From Candidatus Saccharimonadales bacterium (lineage in GTDB: Bacteria; Patescibacteriota; Saccharimonadia; Saccharimonadales; UBA4665), in the NCBI GenBank assembly GCA_035276765.1, contig DATELH010000002.1, positions 235,671-299,670 of the forward strand: a DNA stretch of 64,000 nucleotides, written 5' to 3'. Below, in pieces: positions 17,929 to 29,379 of this stretch. Numbering within the stretch: the first letter of the stretch is position 1; each line of letters opens with the position of its first letter. The notes below the pieces were generated by a model that saw nothing but the letters and a program-made list of their open reading frames with translations, was not told the origin of the DNA and made no database searches. Both the position numbers and the translations under genes were made by a program.

Positions 17929-18294
17929 ATGGCTGTTTTTGTACGATACGACACGCCGCGCGGCCCGGTGATGGCAGAAACCCTTACGAACTGGAAGAAG
18001 ACGCTGGCGGAAATCGACCCGATCCGAGAGGTTTTGCGCGACGCATATGTGGCAGAGCTCGCTCAAAAACTTGACATTATTGGTAAGGCACCGCTCGACA
18101 AGCACTATAGTCCGAGCAACCACGAAGCGCGCAAACGTTTTGTTGAGGTGACGAAAGACATTCATGACCGCGGGTCGCGGATTACTGTCCTGAGAGACCC
18201 GCGCCAACCAGGTAAACTTCTCGGATTTTCCAAGCTCGGCCCGGCATCGTGCTGTAATTCTGTAAGCAAAGTTTTTAATACGGCTACGGGCTAA
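17929..18294 (+). CDS. Hypothetical protein (orphan)
   Basis: 121-aa ORF starting 4 nt after the previous stop. Its composition looks protein-like, unlike the overlapping minus-strand ORF 17773..18540. Confidence 0.5.
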   Translation: MAVFVRYDTPRGPVMAETLTNWKKTLAEIDPIREVLRDAYVAELAQKLDIIGKAPLDKHYSPSNHEARKRFVEVTKDIHDRGSRITVLRDPRQPGKLLGFSKLGPASCCNSVSKVFNTATG

Positions 18295-18477
18295 ATTAAA
18301 ATAATCTTGACATTTACCCCAAACTCCTGCAAACTTTAGCCTAAGAAGTAGTGTAAGCTGGGCAGTGCTGTAGTTGGTTAACAAACTGTTGCACCAAAAA
18401 CACCAACTTAGGGAACCTTCGCGCGAACCAAAAACCCAAAAAGTTATCAGCCTAAAATAAGGGGAAGTGCTGTATAT

Positions 18478-21400
18478 ATGGCGAAAAGTACCATTACCGA
18501 CGATAAAAAAGCCGGCAAGCGGGTCTATTTCACGAAGCACGACGATGCCATCGACCTACCAAACCTGGTAGATCACCAAAACAAGTCATTCCAATGGTTT
18601 GTTGAGGAAGGCCTTGGCGAGTTGCTTGCTGAAATTAGCCCAATTGACGACTACACCGGCGCAAAGTTGTCTTTGCGTTTCAAAGATTACCACTTTGAAG
18701 ATCCAAAGATGAGCGAATACGACGCCCGCGAAAACAACATCTCGTACGAGGCGCCGCTTAAAGCTGTCGTTGAACTGACCAATAAAGTCACCGGCGAAGT
18801 CAAAGAACAGGAAATTTACCTGGGTGACTTCCCGTGGATGACTAAGCGCGGAACCTTTGTGATTAACGGTGCTGAGCGCGTAGTCGTTTCACAGCTAATT
18901 CGCTCGGCCGGCGTGTTCTTTACTGCTGACCAGCACGGCGCAACTAGCCTTTACGGCGCCAAGGTTATCCCTGGCCGTGGTGCATGGCTTGAGTTCGAGA
19001 CTGCTGCATCTGGTGCACTATACGTTAAGATCGACCGCAAGCGTAAAATTGCTGTCACCACCTTGCTGCGCGCACTTGGCATGACCGAAGCGCAAATGAA
19101 GGACGCCTTCAAACACGTTGACACGGGCAAAGTAAACCACTTGCAAGTCACTATTGAAAAAGACCCGACACGTGGCGCCAACGACGCACTAATCGAAGTC
19201 TACCGCCGTTTGCGCCCCGGCGATTTGGCTACCGTGGACAACGCGCGCAGCCTTATCGAAAACATGTTCTACAACTTTAAACGTTTTGACTTCAGCCGCG
19301 TTGGCCGCTACAAGATCAACAAACGCCTGAACCTTGACGTACCAAACACCGTTGAGAACCGCGTGATGCGCCTCGAAGACTTGATCGCCATTGTTGCTGA
19401 ACTAATCCGCCTCAACAATACCCAAGAGCCTGCCGACGACATCGACAGCTTGGCCAACCGCCGCGTTAAGCGGGTTGGCGAATTGGTACAACGGCAATTC
19501 CGCATCGGCCTGCTTCGCATGGAGCGCAACACCAAAGACCGCATGTCAATGTCCGAAATCGAAGCTGTCACTCCCGGCCAGCTCATTAACGCACGCCCAG
19601 TAGTCGCTGCTGTCCGCGAGTTCTTCGCCAGCTCGCAGCTGTCGCAGTTCATGGATCAGATTAACCCACTTTCTGAACTTGCTTCTAAGCGTCGCCTGAG
19701 CTCGATGGGCCCGGGCGGTCTGAGCCGCGAACGCGCCGGTTTCGAAGTTCGCGACGCGCACGCCACACACTACGGCCGCATTTGCGCGGTTGAAACTCCC
19801 GAGGGCGCCAACATTGGTTTGGTGCTGAACCTCGCAAACTATGCGCGCATCAACGACTTCGGCTTTGTGGAAACCCCTTACCGCAAAGTCGTGAACGCCG
19901 CAACCGCCAAGGACATCGTCGGCCATACTGCCGCTATTGACTTCGAAGACAAAGATGGCAAAGTTATCGTAAAAGCCGGCAGTAAAATCACCGAAGCGGA
20001 TACTAAAAAACTTGCCGCTGTTGATCGCGCAACATGGCCGGTCAAAGCCAAGGTTACGAGCGAAATCGTATGGCTGGACGCCTCGGGCGAAGAATCATCA
20101 GTTATTGCCGGTGCCGGTAACGAAATCGACGAAGACGGCTACTTTGTTGCCGACCGCGTCAGCGCTCGCATGCACCTTAAATCCGGTGAAGTCGACGCCA
20201 ACGAAGTTACTTACATGGACGCAGCCCGTAACCAGATCATTGGTTCATCGGCCGGTTTGATTCCGTTCATCGAGAAGAACTACGTATACCGCTCGCTCAT
20301 GGGTAGTAACCAGCAGCGCCAGGCGGTGCCACTTATCCAGCCAAAAGCTCCTACAGTGGGAACCGGCTTGGAAGCTTCGGTGGCCCGCAACACTGGTCAG
20401 GTAACATTGGCCGAAGCCGATGGCGAGGTCATTAAGGCCGAAGGTACCGAAGTGCTTGTTAAGTATGCCGAAGGTACTGTTAAATACGAACCGCAGCACT
20501 TTATCCGCAGCAACGAAGGCACCTCGATCAACCAAAAAATTGTTGTTAACTCTGGTGACAAAGTTAAAAAGGGTGACGTATTGGTTGAAGGTATGTCGAT
20601 CCAAAACGGCGAACTCGCCCTCGGTAAAGACCTCGTGGTGGCGTTCATGCCATGGAGCGGTTACAACTTTGAAGATGCCATCATCATCAGCCGCAAATTG
20701 GTTGAAAACGATACGCTTACCTCTGTGCACATTGTTGACTTTATGATTGAGGTCCGCGAAACCAAACTGGGGCCGGAAATCGTCACCCGCGACATCCCGA
20801 ACGTTTCCGAAGACGCACTGCGTCATCTGGACGACGACGGTATTGTGCGCATCGGCGCCGAAGTGCACCCAGGTGACATCCTGGTTGGTAAAATTACGCC
20901 AAAGGGTGAGCAAGAACTCAGCAGCGAAGAGCGCCTGCTGCGCGCCATCTTCGGTGAAAAAGCCAAAGAAGTCCGCGACACCAGCCAACGCATGAGCAAC
21001 GGCAAACACGGTAAAGTGGTTGGCGTTAAAATCTTCAGCCGCGAAAACGGTCACGAATTGAAAGCTGGCGTGCTGATGCAAATCCAGGTGTTTGTTGCCC
21101 AAATGCGCAAGATCGCCGTTGGTGACAAGCTTGGTGGCCGTCACGGTAACAAGGGTGTTATTGCCCGCATCATGCCCGCCGAAGACATGCCGTTTATGGC
21201 AGACGGTACTCCGGTAGACATCGTCTTGAACCCGCTCGGTGTGCCATCCCGTATGAACATCGGCCAGTTGTTCGAGACGCACCTCGGCATGGCTGCACGC
21301 GCCCTTGGTTACAAGGTTGCCAGCCCATCATTCAACGGTGTGTCGGCCGAAAAAATCCAAGAGCTCCTAAAAGAAGCCGGCTTGCCCGAAGACGGCAAAC

Positions 21401-22059
21401 AACAGCTGTACGACGGCCGCACCGGTGAAGAATTCAAAGAGCGCACCACGGTTGGTTTGATGCACATGATTAAGCTGAACCACATGGTCGCCGACAAGAT
21501 TCACGCCCGCTCAACTGGTCCATACACCATGGTTACCCAGCAACCACTGGGTGGTAAGGCACAAAACGGTGGCCAGCGCTTCGGTGAAATGGAGGTGTGG
21601 GCACTCGAGGCTTACGGCGCCGCCGCAACCTTGCAGGAAATGCTCACCATTAAATCCGACGACGTTTACGGCCGTTCGAAGGCGTACGAGTCGATCATCA
21701 AGCGTACCGAAATTGTCGGTCCAAAAGTCCCCGAAAGCTTTAACGTGCTCGTGAAAGAGTTGCAAGGTTTGGGCCTGAAGGTTGATTTGGTCCACTCTGA
21801 CAAAGTTGTCGACGCCGAACACGTTTTGGCCAGCCAAATCCGCGATGAAGCTTCGCACCCATCGGACGTTGACGTGCCTGCACCGCTGGCATCAGACGTC
21901 GATGTTACCGAAGAAAGCGCAGTTGACGAGTTTATGGTGATGGAAGATGTGAGCGATGATTTCACCGCGACCGTCCCAACCACCGACGACACGAACGATG
22001 ACACAACGACAATGCTTGCAGATGTCGATGAAGATGAAAATGAAGAGGAGGTAGCGTAA
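18478..22059 (+). CDS. rpoB: DNA-directed RNA polymerase subunit beta
   Basis: 1193 aa with conserved blocks RSAGVFF, GPGGLSRERAG, FEVRDAH, NMGQ-type region MNIGQLFETHLG, and GGQRFGEMEVWALEAYGAA. Confidence 0.98.
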   Translation: MAKSTITDDKKAGKRVYFTKHDDAIDLPNLVDHQNKSFQWFVEEGLGELLAEISPIDDYTGAKLSLRFKDYHFEDPKMSEYDARENNISYEAPLKAVVELTNKVTGEVKEQEIYLGDFPWMTKRGTFVINGAERVVVSQLIRSAGVFFTADQHGATSLYGAKVIPGRGAWLEFETAASGALYVKIDRKRKIAVTTLLRALGMTEAQMKDAFKHVDTGKVNHLQVTIEKDPTRGANDALIEVYRRLRPGDLATVDNARSLIENMFYNFKRFDFSRVGRYKINKRLNLDVPNTVENRVMRLEDLIAIVAELIRLNNTQEPADDIDSLANRRVKRVGELVQRQFRIGLLRMERNTKDRMSMSEIEAVTPGQLINARPVVAAVREFFASSQLSQFMDQINPLSELASKRRLSSMGPGGLSRERAGFEVRDAHATHYGRICAVETPEGANIGLVLNLANYARINDFGFVETPYRKVVNAATAKDIVGHTAAIDFEDKDGKVIVKAGSKITEADTKKLAAVDRATWPVKAKVTSEIVWLDASGEESSVIAGAGNEIDEDGYFVADRVSARMHLKSGEVDANEVTYMDAARNQIIGSSAGLIPFIEKNYVYRSLMGSNQQRQAVPLIQPKAPTVGTGLEASVARNTGQVTLAEADGEVIKAEGTEVLVKYAEGTVKYEPQHFIRSNEGTSINQKIVVNSGDKVKKGDVLVEGMSIQNGELALGKDLVVAFMPWSGYNFEDAIIISRKLVENDTLTSVHIVDFMIEVRETKLGPEIVTRDIPNVSEDALRHLDDDGIVRIGAEVHPGDILVGKITPKGEQELSSEERLLRAIFGEKAKEVRDTSQRMSNGKHGKVVGVKIFSRENGHELKAGVLMQIQVFVAQMRKIAVGDKLGGRHGNKGVIARIMPAEDMPFMADGTPVDIVLNPLGVPSRMNIGQLFETHLGMAARALGYKVASPSFNGVSAEKIQELLKEAGLPEDGKQQLYDGRTGEEFKERTTVGLMHMIKLNHMVADKIHARSTGPYTMVTQQPLGGKAQNGGQRFGEMEVWALEAYGAAATLQEMLTIKSDDVYGRSKAYESIIKRTEIVGPKVPESFNVLVKELQGLGLKVDLVHSDKVVDAEHVLASQIRDEASHPSDVDVPAPLASDVDVTEESAVDEFMVMEDVSDDFTATVPTTDDTNDDTTTMLADVDEDENEEEVA

Positions 22060-25000
22060 TGCGTCGATATTCTTACGGCACCAATATTGCCGACTTTGAC
22101 GCGGTGCGCTTGGCAGTGGCGAGCGCAGCCGACATCCTGGATTGGAGTTACGGTGAGGTAACCAAGCCAGAAACTATTAACTACCGCACCCAGAAACCAG
22201 AACGCGATGGCCTGTTCTGTGAACGCATCTTTGGCCCAGCCAAAGACATTAACCCGCACGACGCAAAATACAAGGGTGTTCGTTCGCGCGAGGCTGCCGT
22301 GGACAAAAACGGCGAACTCGTTACCAAAAGTATCGTCCGCCGCGAACGCATGGGCCACATCAGCCTTGCTGTGCCGGTTGCACACATTTGGTTTTTGCGT
22401 GGCACACCATCAGCCATGGGCTTGTTGCTCGGTACGACGGTTAAAAACCTGGAGCGCGTGGCATACTTTGCAAGTTACATTGTTAAAGGTGTTAACACCG
22501 AAAAACGCGACAAACTGCGTGCCGACAAAGAAGCTGAGTTTGCCGCTGCCCGCGAAGCCATCAAGCTTCGTTACGAAAAAGAAGCCGAAAAAGAAGACGC
22601 CAATGTGAAAGCCTTGGCCGAAATGCAAACCAAAGAGACCGAAGAGCTTGCCAAAGAGTGGGAAGTACTCAAGACGCAGCTCGACAGCCTCGAAAAACTG
22701 CGCATGATGGGTGAAGTCGAATACCGCAACTTGCCACCAGAGCTTCGCGAACTCATTACGGTTGGTATGGGTGGCGGTGCGCTCAAGGAACTGCTTGACG
22801 AAATCGACCTCAAACAACTCATTGCCGACTTGACCGCCGAAGCCGATGAAGCCAAGGGCCAGCGCAAGAAGAAGCTCATGAAGCGTCTGCGTTTGCTCGA
22901 AAGCATGGACCGCGCTGGCATCCAGCCGAGCTCGACCTGCTTGAGCGTCCTTCCGGTGATTCCACCAGACCTACGCCCGATGGTTCAGCTCACCGGTGGA
23001 CGTTTTGCGACATCTGATTTGAACGACTTGTACCGTCGTGTCATCAACCGCAACAACCGTTTGAAGAAACTCATCGAGTTGAATGCGCCGGAAGTCATCC
23101 GTCGCAACGAACAGCGCATGCTGCAAGAAGCCGTTGACGCCTTGATTGACAACAACAGCGCCCGCAGTGGCCGCGCCGTGGCTGCAACCGGCCAACGCCG
23201 CCGTCTGAAATCTTTGAGCGACATGCTCAAGGGTAAACAGGGTCGTTTCCGCCAGAACTTGCTCGGTAAGCGCGTAGACTACTCTGGTCGTTCAGTCATC
23301 GTTGCCGGCCCAGAACTCAAGATCAATCAATGTGGTCTGCCAAAGATGATGGCACTCGAACTGTTTAAGCCGTTTGTTATCGGTGAATTGATCGCCCGCG
23401 AACAAGCGCACAACATTCGTTCCGCGACCCGCATGATCGAAACCGGTGAAACAGCCGTTTGGGACGCACTTGACGAAGTCATTAAGGGTAAGTACGTGCT
23501 GCTCAACCGCGCACCGTCGCTGCACCGCCTGTCAATTCAAGCTTTCCAACCTGTTTTGATCGAAGGCCGTGCCATTCAATTGCACCCGCTCGTTTGTAAA
23601 GGTTTCAACGCTGACTTCGACGGTGACCAGATGGCTGTCCACTTGCCATTGTCTGACGCTGCGCAAGAAGAAGCGCGCACCATCATGGCTGCCAACATGA
23701 ACTTGTTGAAGCCCGCCGATGGTACGCCAATCCTGCACATCGAGCAGGACATGGTGCTCGGCTGCTACTACCTTACCTACGACCGTCCAAGCATCAGCAA
23801 AGAAGTTACGCCGTTTGCAAGCCTCGAAGAAGCACTGATGGCCTTTGATAACGACACTATCAAGTTGCAATCAAACGTCCGCTTGCCGTTCCGCGGTGAA
23901 GTCCGCACCACAACCCTTGGCCGTGTACTCTTTAACGAAGTGTTCCCCGAAGACTTTGAGTACCAAAACGAGCCAATGACCAAGAAAAAACTGCAAAAAG
24001 TCATGGCCGCCATCTACAAACAGTATGGTCAAGCTACCACCGCTGAAATCGCCGACGAACTCAAAGACCTCGGCTTCCACTACGCCACGATGTCCGGCAT
24101 CTCGATGGGCATGGGCGACTTTACCGCAATCGAAGGCATGGACGCCAAGATCGACGAAGGTGAAGACCGCGCCGCAGCTATTTCCGACCAGTACGAGCAA
24201 GGCTTCATCACCGAAGACGAACGCTACCGCTTGACAGTTGAAAACTGGACCAAGATCGACACTCGCGTTCAGGAACTGCTTGCCGAGCAGATGACTGGCG
24301 CCGAAAGCTCAATGGCCATCGCCATCACTTCTGGTGCGCGTGGTAACATCTCACAGATGAAGATGTGTGTGGGTATGCTTGGCGTGTTCTCCGATGCATC
24401 TGGTAACGCCATCGAGCTGCCAATTAAGTCCGGTTACATCGAAGGTTTGAACCCACTTGAGTACTTCACCGGTACTCGTGGTACCCGCAAGGCCTTGATC
24501 GACATCGCCCTGAAGACCGCCGACGCTGGCTACCTCACACGCCGCTTAGTCGACGTAGCGCAAGATGTCTTCACCATTGCTGACGAAGAAGACGACGCAC
24601 AAGACCCCGGTTTTGCCATGCTTCGCGCTGACGCAAACGAGATCGGCGTCAGCTACGCATCACGTTTGGAAGGCCGCTTTGCTGCCGAAGACGTCAAAGG
24701 TCATCTCAAGAAGGGCGAACTCTTTACTAAGGAAATTGCCGCTGCCATTGAAGCAGACGAAAAGATCGACGGCGTCAAGATCATGTCCGTCCTTAGCTGT
24801 ACACCAGTTCGCGGCGTGCCGCAGAAGTCGTACGGCGTTGACCCAGCAACTGGCTTGCTTGTTGTTGACCATCAGCCGATCGGCGTTATCGCCGCGCAGT
24901 CAATCGGTGAACCAGGTACGCAGCTATCGCTCGACTCCAAGCACCGTTCTGGCGCCGTGGTTGCCGACGACACTGCCCAAGGTTTGAGCCGTGTTGAAGA

Positions 25001-25907
25001 GTTGTTCGAAATCCGCACGCCAAAAGGCCAGGCGTACCTTACCGACATTGCCGGCCAGGCAAAAGTTTGGGAAGAAGGCGACCGCTACATCGTACAAGTT
25101 ACTGCCAAGAGCAAAGAGACTGTCACGCTTGAACTCGGCGACCGCAAGGCGCAAGTTGCCAGTGGTTCTGATGTTGCAATCGGTGACGTCGTCGCGGCGC
25201 TCGAAGACGGCAAAGAGCCGATCATTGCGCCAATGGCCGGTAAGATTGAAGTTTCAGAAACTGAAATCTTCATCCACCCTGCAGCGCAAAGCGTGGTCCG
25301 CTACGAAATCCCAGGCTTCAAACAAATGCACGTTAAGGACGGCGACCACGTTGTTGCCGGCCAGCGCCTGACCAACGGTTCGATCAACCTGCCGGAGCTG
25401 ATGCGCTTGCAAGGTGTTGAGCCAACCCAGCGCTACATCATGAACGAAATCTTGCGTATCTTTGCCGGCCAAGGCCAAAACATTGCCGACAAACACCTCG
25501 AGATCATCGTCCACCAGATGTTTAGCCGTGTGCAAATCGAAGACGCTGGCGACAGCGAGTTTGTAACTGGCGACGTCGTGAGCAAGTTAGCAGTTGTTGA
25601 AGCCAACGAAGCGCTCGCAACAGAAGGCAAAGAACTCATCAAGTACAACCAGCTGATCTTGGGTATCACCAAAGCCAGCCTGTCGACCGATTCATTCTTG
25701 AGTGCCGCATCATTCCAGGACACCACTCGCGTCCTGATTGCCGCCGCCACCAGTGGTCGCGTCGACAAATTGTACGGCTTGAAAGAAAACGTCATCTTGG
25801 GCCGCAAGATTCCTGTAGGCACCGGCTTTGCCAAAGACGATGAGGGCGACGACACGGCCACCCAAGCCGATGTTGAGATCGACGCTGAAGTTGCAGCTGA
25901 CGCCTAA
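22059..25907 (+). CDS. rpoC: DNA-directed RNA polymerase subunit beta'
   Basis: 1282 aa with the catalytic [12 protein letters not shown] motif, [15 protein letters not shown] and [13 protein letters not shown]. It has a TAATG overlap with rpoB. Confidence 0.98.
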   Translation: MRRYSYGTNIADFDAVRLAVASAADILDWSYGEVTKPETINYRTQKPERDGLFCERIFGPAKDINPHDAKYKGVRSREAAVDKNGELVTKSIVRRERMGHISLAVPVAHIWFLRGTPSAMGLLLGTTVKNLERVAYFASYIVKGVNTEKRDKLRADKEAEFAAAREAIKLRYEKEAEKEDANVKALAEMQTKETEELAKEWEVLKTQLDSLEKLRMMGEVEYRNLPPELRELITVGMGGGALKELLDEIDLKQLIADLTAEADEAKGQRKKKLMKRLRLLESMDRAGIQPSSTCLSVLPVIPPDLRPMVQLTGGRFATSDLNDLYRRVINRNNRLKKLIELNAPEVIRRNEQRMLQEAVDALIDNNSARSGRAVAATGQRRRLKSLSDMLKGKQGRFRQNLLGKRVDYSGRSVIVAGPELKINQCGLPKMMALELFKPFVIGELIAREQAHNIRSATRMIETGETAVWDALDEVIKGKYVLLNRAPSLHRLSIQAFQPVLIEGRAIQLHPLVCKGFNADFDGDQMAVHLPLSDAAQEEARTIMAANMNLLKPADGTPILHIEQDMVLGCYYLTYDRPSISKEVTPFASLEEALMAFDNDTIKLQSNVRLPFRGEVRTTTLGRVLFNEVFPEDFEYQNEPMTKKKLQKVMAAIYKQYGQATTAEIADELKDLGFHYATMSGISMGMGDFTAIEGMDAKIDEGEDRAAAISDQYEQGFITEDERYRLTVENWTKIDTRVQELLAEQMTGAESSMAIAITSGARGNISQMKMCVGMLGVFSDASGNAIELPIKSGYIEGLNPLEYFTGTRGTRKALIDIALKTADAGYLTRRLVDVAQDVFTIADEEDDAQDPGFAMLRADANEIGVSYASRLEGRFAAEDVKGHLKKGELFTKEIAAAIEADEKIDGVKIMSVLSCTPVRGVPQKSYGVDPATGLLVVDHQPIGVIAAQSIGEPGTQLSLDSKHRSGAVVADDTAQGLSRVEELFEIRTPKGQAYLTDIAGQAKVWEEGDRYIVQVTAKSKETVTLELGDRKAQVASGSDVAIGDVVAALEDGKEPIIAPMAGKIEVSETEIFIHPAAQSVVRYEIPGFKQMHVKDGDHVVAGQRLTNGSINLPELMRLQGVEPTQRYIMNEILRIFAGQGQNIADKHLEIIVHQMFSRVQIEDAGDSEFVTGDVVSKLAVVEANEALATEGKELIKYNQLILGITKASLSTDSFLSAASFQDTTRVLIAAATSGRVDKLYGLKENVILGRKIPVGTGFAKDDEGDDTATQADVEIDAEVAADA

Positions 25908-26012
25908 ACCTGTTAAAATTAGTTCATTACAAATCCGAGCCGGGAGCAAAGCGGCGGCCAAGCTGAGGCAAGCAAGGCGGCCGCTCCCATGGCGGAAGAC
26001 ATAGGAGATAAT

Positions 26013-26426
26013 ATGCCAACAATCAACCAGTTGGTCCGCAAGCCGCGCACCAAAATGACTGGCAAGTCCAAGTCACCAGCGCTTCTGAAGGTTGTCAACA
26101 ACCTCAAGAACAAAAACTACGAAAAGCCTGCGCCATTCAAGCGCGGCGTTTGTGTGAAAGTTACAACCAAGACACCAAAGAAACCAAACTCAGCCCTTCG
26201 TAAAGTTGCCCGTGTACGCCTTGGCAACGGCAACGAAGTGTGGGCTTACATTGGTGGCGAAGGCCACAACCTGCAAGAACACGCCGTTGTACTGATACGC
26301 GGCGGCCGCGTGCCCGACCTCCCAGGTGTGCGTTACCACATCGTTCGTGGCGCGCTCGACCTTCAGGGTGTTGCTAACCGCAAACAAAGCCGTTCTAAGT
26401 ACGGTGCCAAGAAGGAGAGCAAGTAA
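26013..26426 (+). CDS. rpsL: 30S ribosomal protein S12
   Basis: [12 protein letters not shown]... and [18 protein letters not shown] lies 5 nt upstream of ATG 26013. The track start at 25989 adds an 8-aa extension that is likely spurious. Confidence 0.96.
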   Translation: MPTINQLVRKPRTKMTGKSKSPALLKVVNNLKNKNYEKPAPFKRGVCVKVTTKTPKKPNSALRKVARVRLGNGNEVWAYIGGEGHNLQEHAVVLIRGGRVPDLPGVRYHIVRGALDLQGVANRKQSRSKYGAKKESK

Positions 26427-26905
26427 TGCCACGGAAAGTTACAAAAGCGCTCGTTCGCGATATCCAACCAGACCGCATGTACAACAGCATCCAGGTGCAG
26501 CGTTTAATTAACCGCGTCATGCGCGATGGTAAAAAGCAACTTGCCGAGCGGCTTGTATACGACGGCATGCAAAAAGCAGCCGACAAGCTCAAGGTTGAAA
26601 ACCCGCTCGAAGTTTTCGAACAAGCCATCAAAAACGTACAACCGCACCTCGAGACCCGTTCTCGCCGCGTCGGTGGCGCAAACTACCAAATTCCTTTCGA
26701 AGTAAAAGGCCAGCGTCAACAGCACCTTACCACCATGTGGTTTGTAGCCGCAGCCCGCGCCCGCAAAGGTATGAGTATGGCCGACCGCCTGGCGCTTGAA
26801 CTCGTTGATGCATACAACGGCCAAGGTACCGCTGTTAAGAAAAAAGAAGACACGCACAAGATGGCCGAAGCCAACCGTGCCTTCGCACACTTCGCCCGAG
26901 GCTAA
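26426..26905 (+). CDS. rpsG: 30S ribosomal protein S7
   Basis: 159 aa with VQRLINRVMRDGKKQLAE and RRVGGANYQIP. Confidence 0.96.
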   Translation: MPRKVTKALVRDIQPDRMYNSIQVQRLINRVMRDGKKQLAERLVYDGMQKAADKLKVENPLEVFEQAIKNVQPHLETRSRRVGGANYQIPFEVKGQRQQHLTTMWFVAAARARKGMSMADRLALELVDAYNGQGTAVKKKEDTHKMAEANRAFAHFARG

Positions 26906-26910
26906 GGCGT

Positions 26911-27186
26911 ATGGGTGAGCACATATCGCAATCACCGCAAGATTTTCCTGCCGGCTTAGAGCATCTAACGAGCTCCGAGCACGCTGCAAATATTCGCGAA
27001 CTCGCAACTACATATAGGGAAAAGCTCGGCGAAAGTGATTTTGATCCGCAAACTATGCAAACAGTTGCAGGAGATATCATTAGTGCTGCCCGACAATGCG
27101 GTATTCCAGACAGTCAAATAGGCGTAATCAGCGTTCTAGCGCTTACCGAAATAGAACCACACCAATCGAACCAAGGAAACTCTTAG
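26911..27186 (+). CDS. Hypothetical protein (orphan) inserted between rpsG and fusA
   Basis: 91-aa ORF, acidic, with no recognisable family. Confidence 0.45.
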   Translation: MGEHISQSPQDFPAGLEHLTSSEHAANIRELATTYREKLGESDFDPQTMQTVAGDIISAARQCGIPDSQIGVISVLALTEIEPHQSNQGNS

Positions 27187-27210
27187 CAGTAAGCTACGTA
27201 AAGGGGCAAT

Positions 27211-29298
27211 ATGGCAGGAACCAAATATAAACTACAAGATCTACGAAACATCGGTATTATCGCGCACATCGACGCCGGTAAGACCACAACCACCGAAGGC
27301 ATTTTGTACCGCACCGGCTTGAAGCACAAAATCGGTGCCGTGCACGAAGGTGAAACCACTACCGACTGGATGGCCCAGGAACGCGAGCGCGGCATTACCA
27401 TCGTGTCTGCCGCCGTAACCTGTTACTGGAAGGGCAAGCAGATCAACATTATCGACACACCCGGCCACATCGACTTTACCGTAGAGGTGGAGCGTTCCTT
27501 GCGCGTACTCGATGGTGCTGTGGTAGTTTTCGACGGCAAGATGGGCGTGGAATCACAATCCGAAACCGTTTGGCGCCAAGCCGACAAATACGGCGTGCCG
27601 CGCATCTGCTTCATCAACAAGATCAACCAAACCGGTGGCGATTTTTATAAGTCACTCGACTCTATTCACGCCCGCCTCAACAAGCGCGCCTTCCCAATCC
27701 ACCTGCCGATTGGGTTCGAGCAGAGCATCAATGGTGTTGTCGACCTTGTTACCATGAAAGCTTACACCTACAAAGAATTCACCGACCACGAATTGGTCGA
27801 AAGCGAAATTCCTGCCGACATGCTCGACAAGGCCAAGAAGTACCGCAGCTTGCTCATCGAGAACGCTGTGGCCGAAGACGAAGCCTTGCTCGAAAAATTC
27901 TTTGAGGTTGGTGAAGACGGCTTAAGCGAAGACGAAATCAAGCAAGCCGTTCGGAGCGCCATTTTAAGTGGCACATTCTTTGCCGTAACAGGCGGTGACG
28001 GCCGCGGTGTGATCGTGGAAAAACTACTCGACCTCGTAACCGAACTTTTGCCAAGTCCAGAAGACCGTGGCTCTGCCTGGGGTACGCATCCAAAGACTGG
28101 CGAAGAGATCGAGCGCAAATCATCTGAAACCGAGCCGTTTGCCGGGCTGGCCTTCAAAATCGCAACCGACCCATTTGTCGGCAAGCTCGCTTATTTCCGC
28201 GTGTACTCGGGCAAACTCCAAGCCGGCTCGTACATCCTCAACAGCTCAACCGGCGAGAAAGAGCGCGTGGGCCGTATCGTCCGCATGCAAGCCGACAAGC
28301 GTGAAGACGTGACCGAAGTTTCTGCTGGCGACATCGCCGCAATTGTTGGCCTGAAGGGCACGACCACCGGTAACACGCTGTGTGAAGCCAACAACCCCAT
28401 CGTGCTTGAATCTATCGACTTTCCCGAACCACCGGTGTCTATCGCCATTGAGCCAAAGACCAAAGCCGACCAAGAAAAAATGAGCATCGCCTTGCAGCGC
28501 CTGGCCGAAGAGGACCCGACTTTCCGCGTGAAGGTCGACGACGAAACTAGCCAGACTATTATTAGCGGCATGGGCGAGCTGCACCTCGAAATTTTGGTTG
28601 ACCGCATGAAGCGCGAATTCAACGTGGAAGCGAACATTGGCCAGCCGCAGGTTGCATATCGTGAAACTATCCGCAAAGATGCCGTCGAAGTCCAAGGCAA
28701 ATTTGTCCGCCAAAGCGGTGGCCGTGGCCAGTATGGTGACGTCTGGCTTCGCCTTTCGCAAAACGAAAAGGGCGCTGGTTTCGAGTTTATCAACTCAATC
28801 AAGGGTGGTGTGGTCCCGGGTGAATACATCAAGCCAGTTCAACAGGGTATTGAAGAAGCTATGAACAACGGTGTGATCGCTGGCTATCCGGTTGTCGACC
28901 TCAAGGTCGAACTGTACGACGGTAGCTATCACGAAGTTGACTCGAGCGAAATGGCCTTCAAGATCGCCGGTTCGATGGCATTGCAAGACGGCGTAAAGAA
29001 AGCAAATCCTGTACTGCTTGAGCCCGTCATGAAGGTTGTCGTGGTGACGCCCGAAGAGTTTATGGGCGACGTCATCGGTGATCTCAACAGCAAACGTGGC
29101 CGCATCGAAAGCATGGAAGACTTGCCGGGCGGCGTTAAGGAAATCACCGCTTTCGTGCCACTGGGTGAAATGTTTGGTTACACAACCAACCTGCGTTCGA
29201 TGACGCAAGGTCGGGCCAGCTCAAGCATGGAGCTCGACCACTATGCGGACGTGCCGCCGCATGTCACCGAAGCCATCATCGCCAAGCACGCTAAATAA
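27211..29298 (+). CDS. fusA: Elongation factor G
   Basis: 695 aa with G motifs [14 protein letters not shown] and NKID-like INKINQ, plus typical EF-G domains IV and V. Confidence 0.97.
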   Translation: MAGTKYKLQDLRNIGIIAHIDAGKTTTTEGILYRTGLKHKIGAVHEGETTTDWMAQERERGITIVSAAVTCYWKGKQINIIDTPGHIDFTVEVERSLRVLDGAVVVFDGKMGVESQSETVWRQADKYGVPRICFINKINQTGGDFYKSLDSIHARLNKRAFPIHLPIGFEQSINGVVDLVTMKAYTYKEFTDHELVESEIPADMLDKAKKYRSLLIENAVAEDEALLEKFFEVGEDGLSEDEIKQAVRSAILSGTFFAVTGGDGRGVIVEKLLDLVTELLPSPEDRGSAWGTHPKTGEEIERKSSETEPFAGLAFKIATDPFVGKLAYFRVYSGKLQAGSYILNSSTGEKERVGRIVRMQADKREDVTEVSAGDIAAIVGLKGTTTGNTLCEANNPIVLESIDFPEPPVSIAIEPKTKADQEKMSIALQRLAEEDPTFRVKVDDETSQTIISGMGELHLEILVDRMKREFNVEANIGQPQVAYRETIRKDAVEVQGKFVRQSGGRGQYGDVWLRLSQNEKGAGFEFINSIKGGVVPGEYIKPVQQGIEEAMNNGVIAGYPVVDLKVELYDGSYHEVDSSEMAFKIAGSMALQDGVKKANPVLLEPVMKVVVVTPEEFMGDVIGDLNSKRGRIESMEDLPGGVKEITAFVPLGEMFGYTTNLRSMTQGRASSSMELDHYADVPPHVTEAIIAKHAK

Positions 29299-29325
29299 TA
29301 GCCGCCAAAGGCCTGATAAAATTGA

Positions 29326-29356
29326 AAAACCATCTGTAAAAGGGTGGTTTTTCTTT
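29326..29356 (+). terminator. Intrinsic terminator after fusA
   Basis: Stem AAAACCATC / GGTGGTTTT (one G-U pair), loop TGTAAAAG, followed by TTCTTT. Confidence 0.65.
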
Positions 29357-29379
29357 GGCACAAGCCTTATCATGGTTTG

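Noticed and set aside
17773-18540. 255-aa minus-strand ORF spanning the orf 17929 region and the rpoB start.
   Set aside because: It overlaps the rpoB start and SD region. Its sequence is Cys/Arg/Phe-rich and not protein-like. The plus-strand ORFs 17362 and 17929 have promoter and coupling signals.
20245-21282. 345-aa ORF antisense to rpoB. There are similar long antisense or off-frame ORFs inside tyrS, recG, rpoC, fusA, the S5/S13/L13 genes, and at 58244..59230 opposite GH57/GT.
   Set aside because: They lie entirely within genes whose identities are unambiguous. Their translations are Arg/Cys/His/Val-rich, low-plausibility sequences typical of shadow frames in moderately GC-rich DNA. They have no start-site signals.
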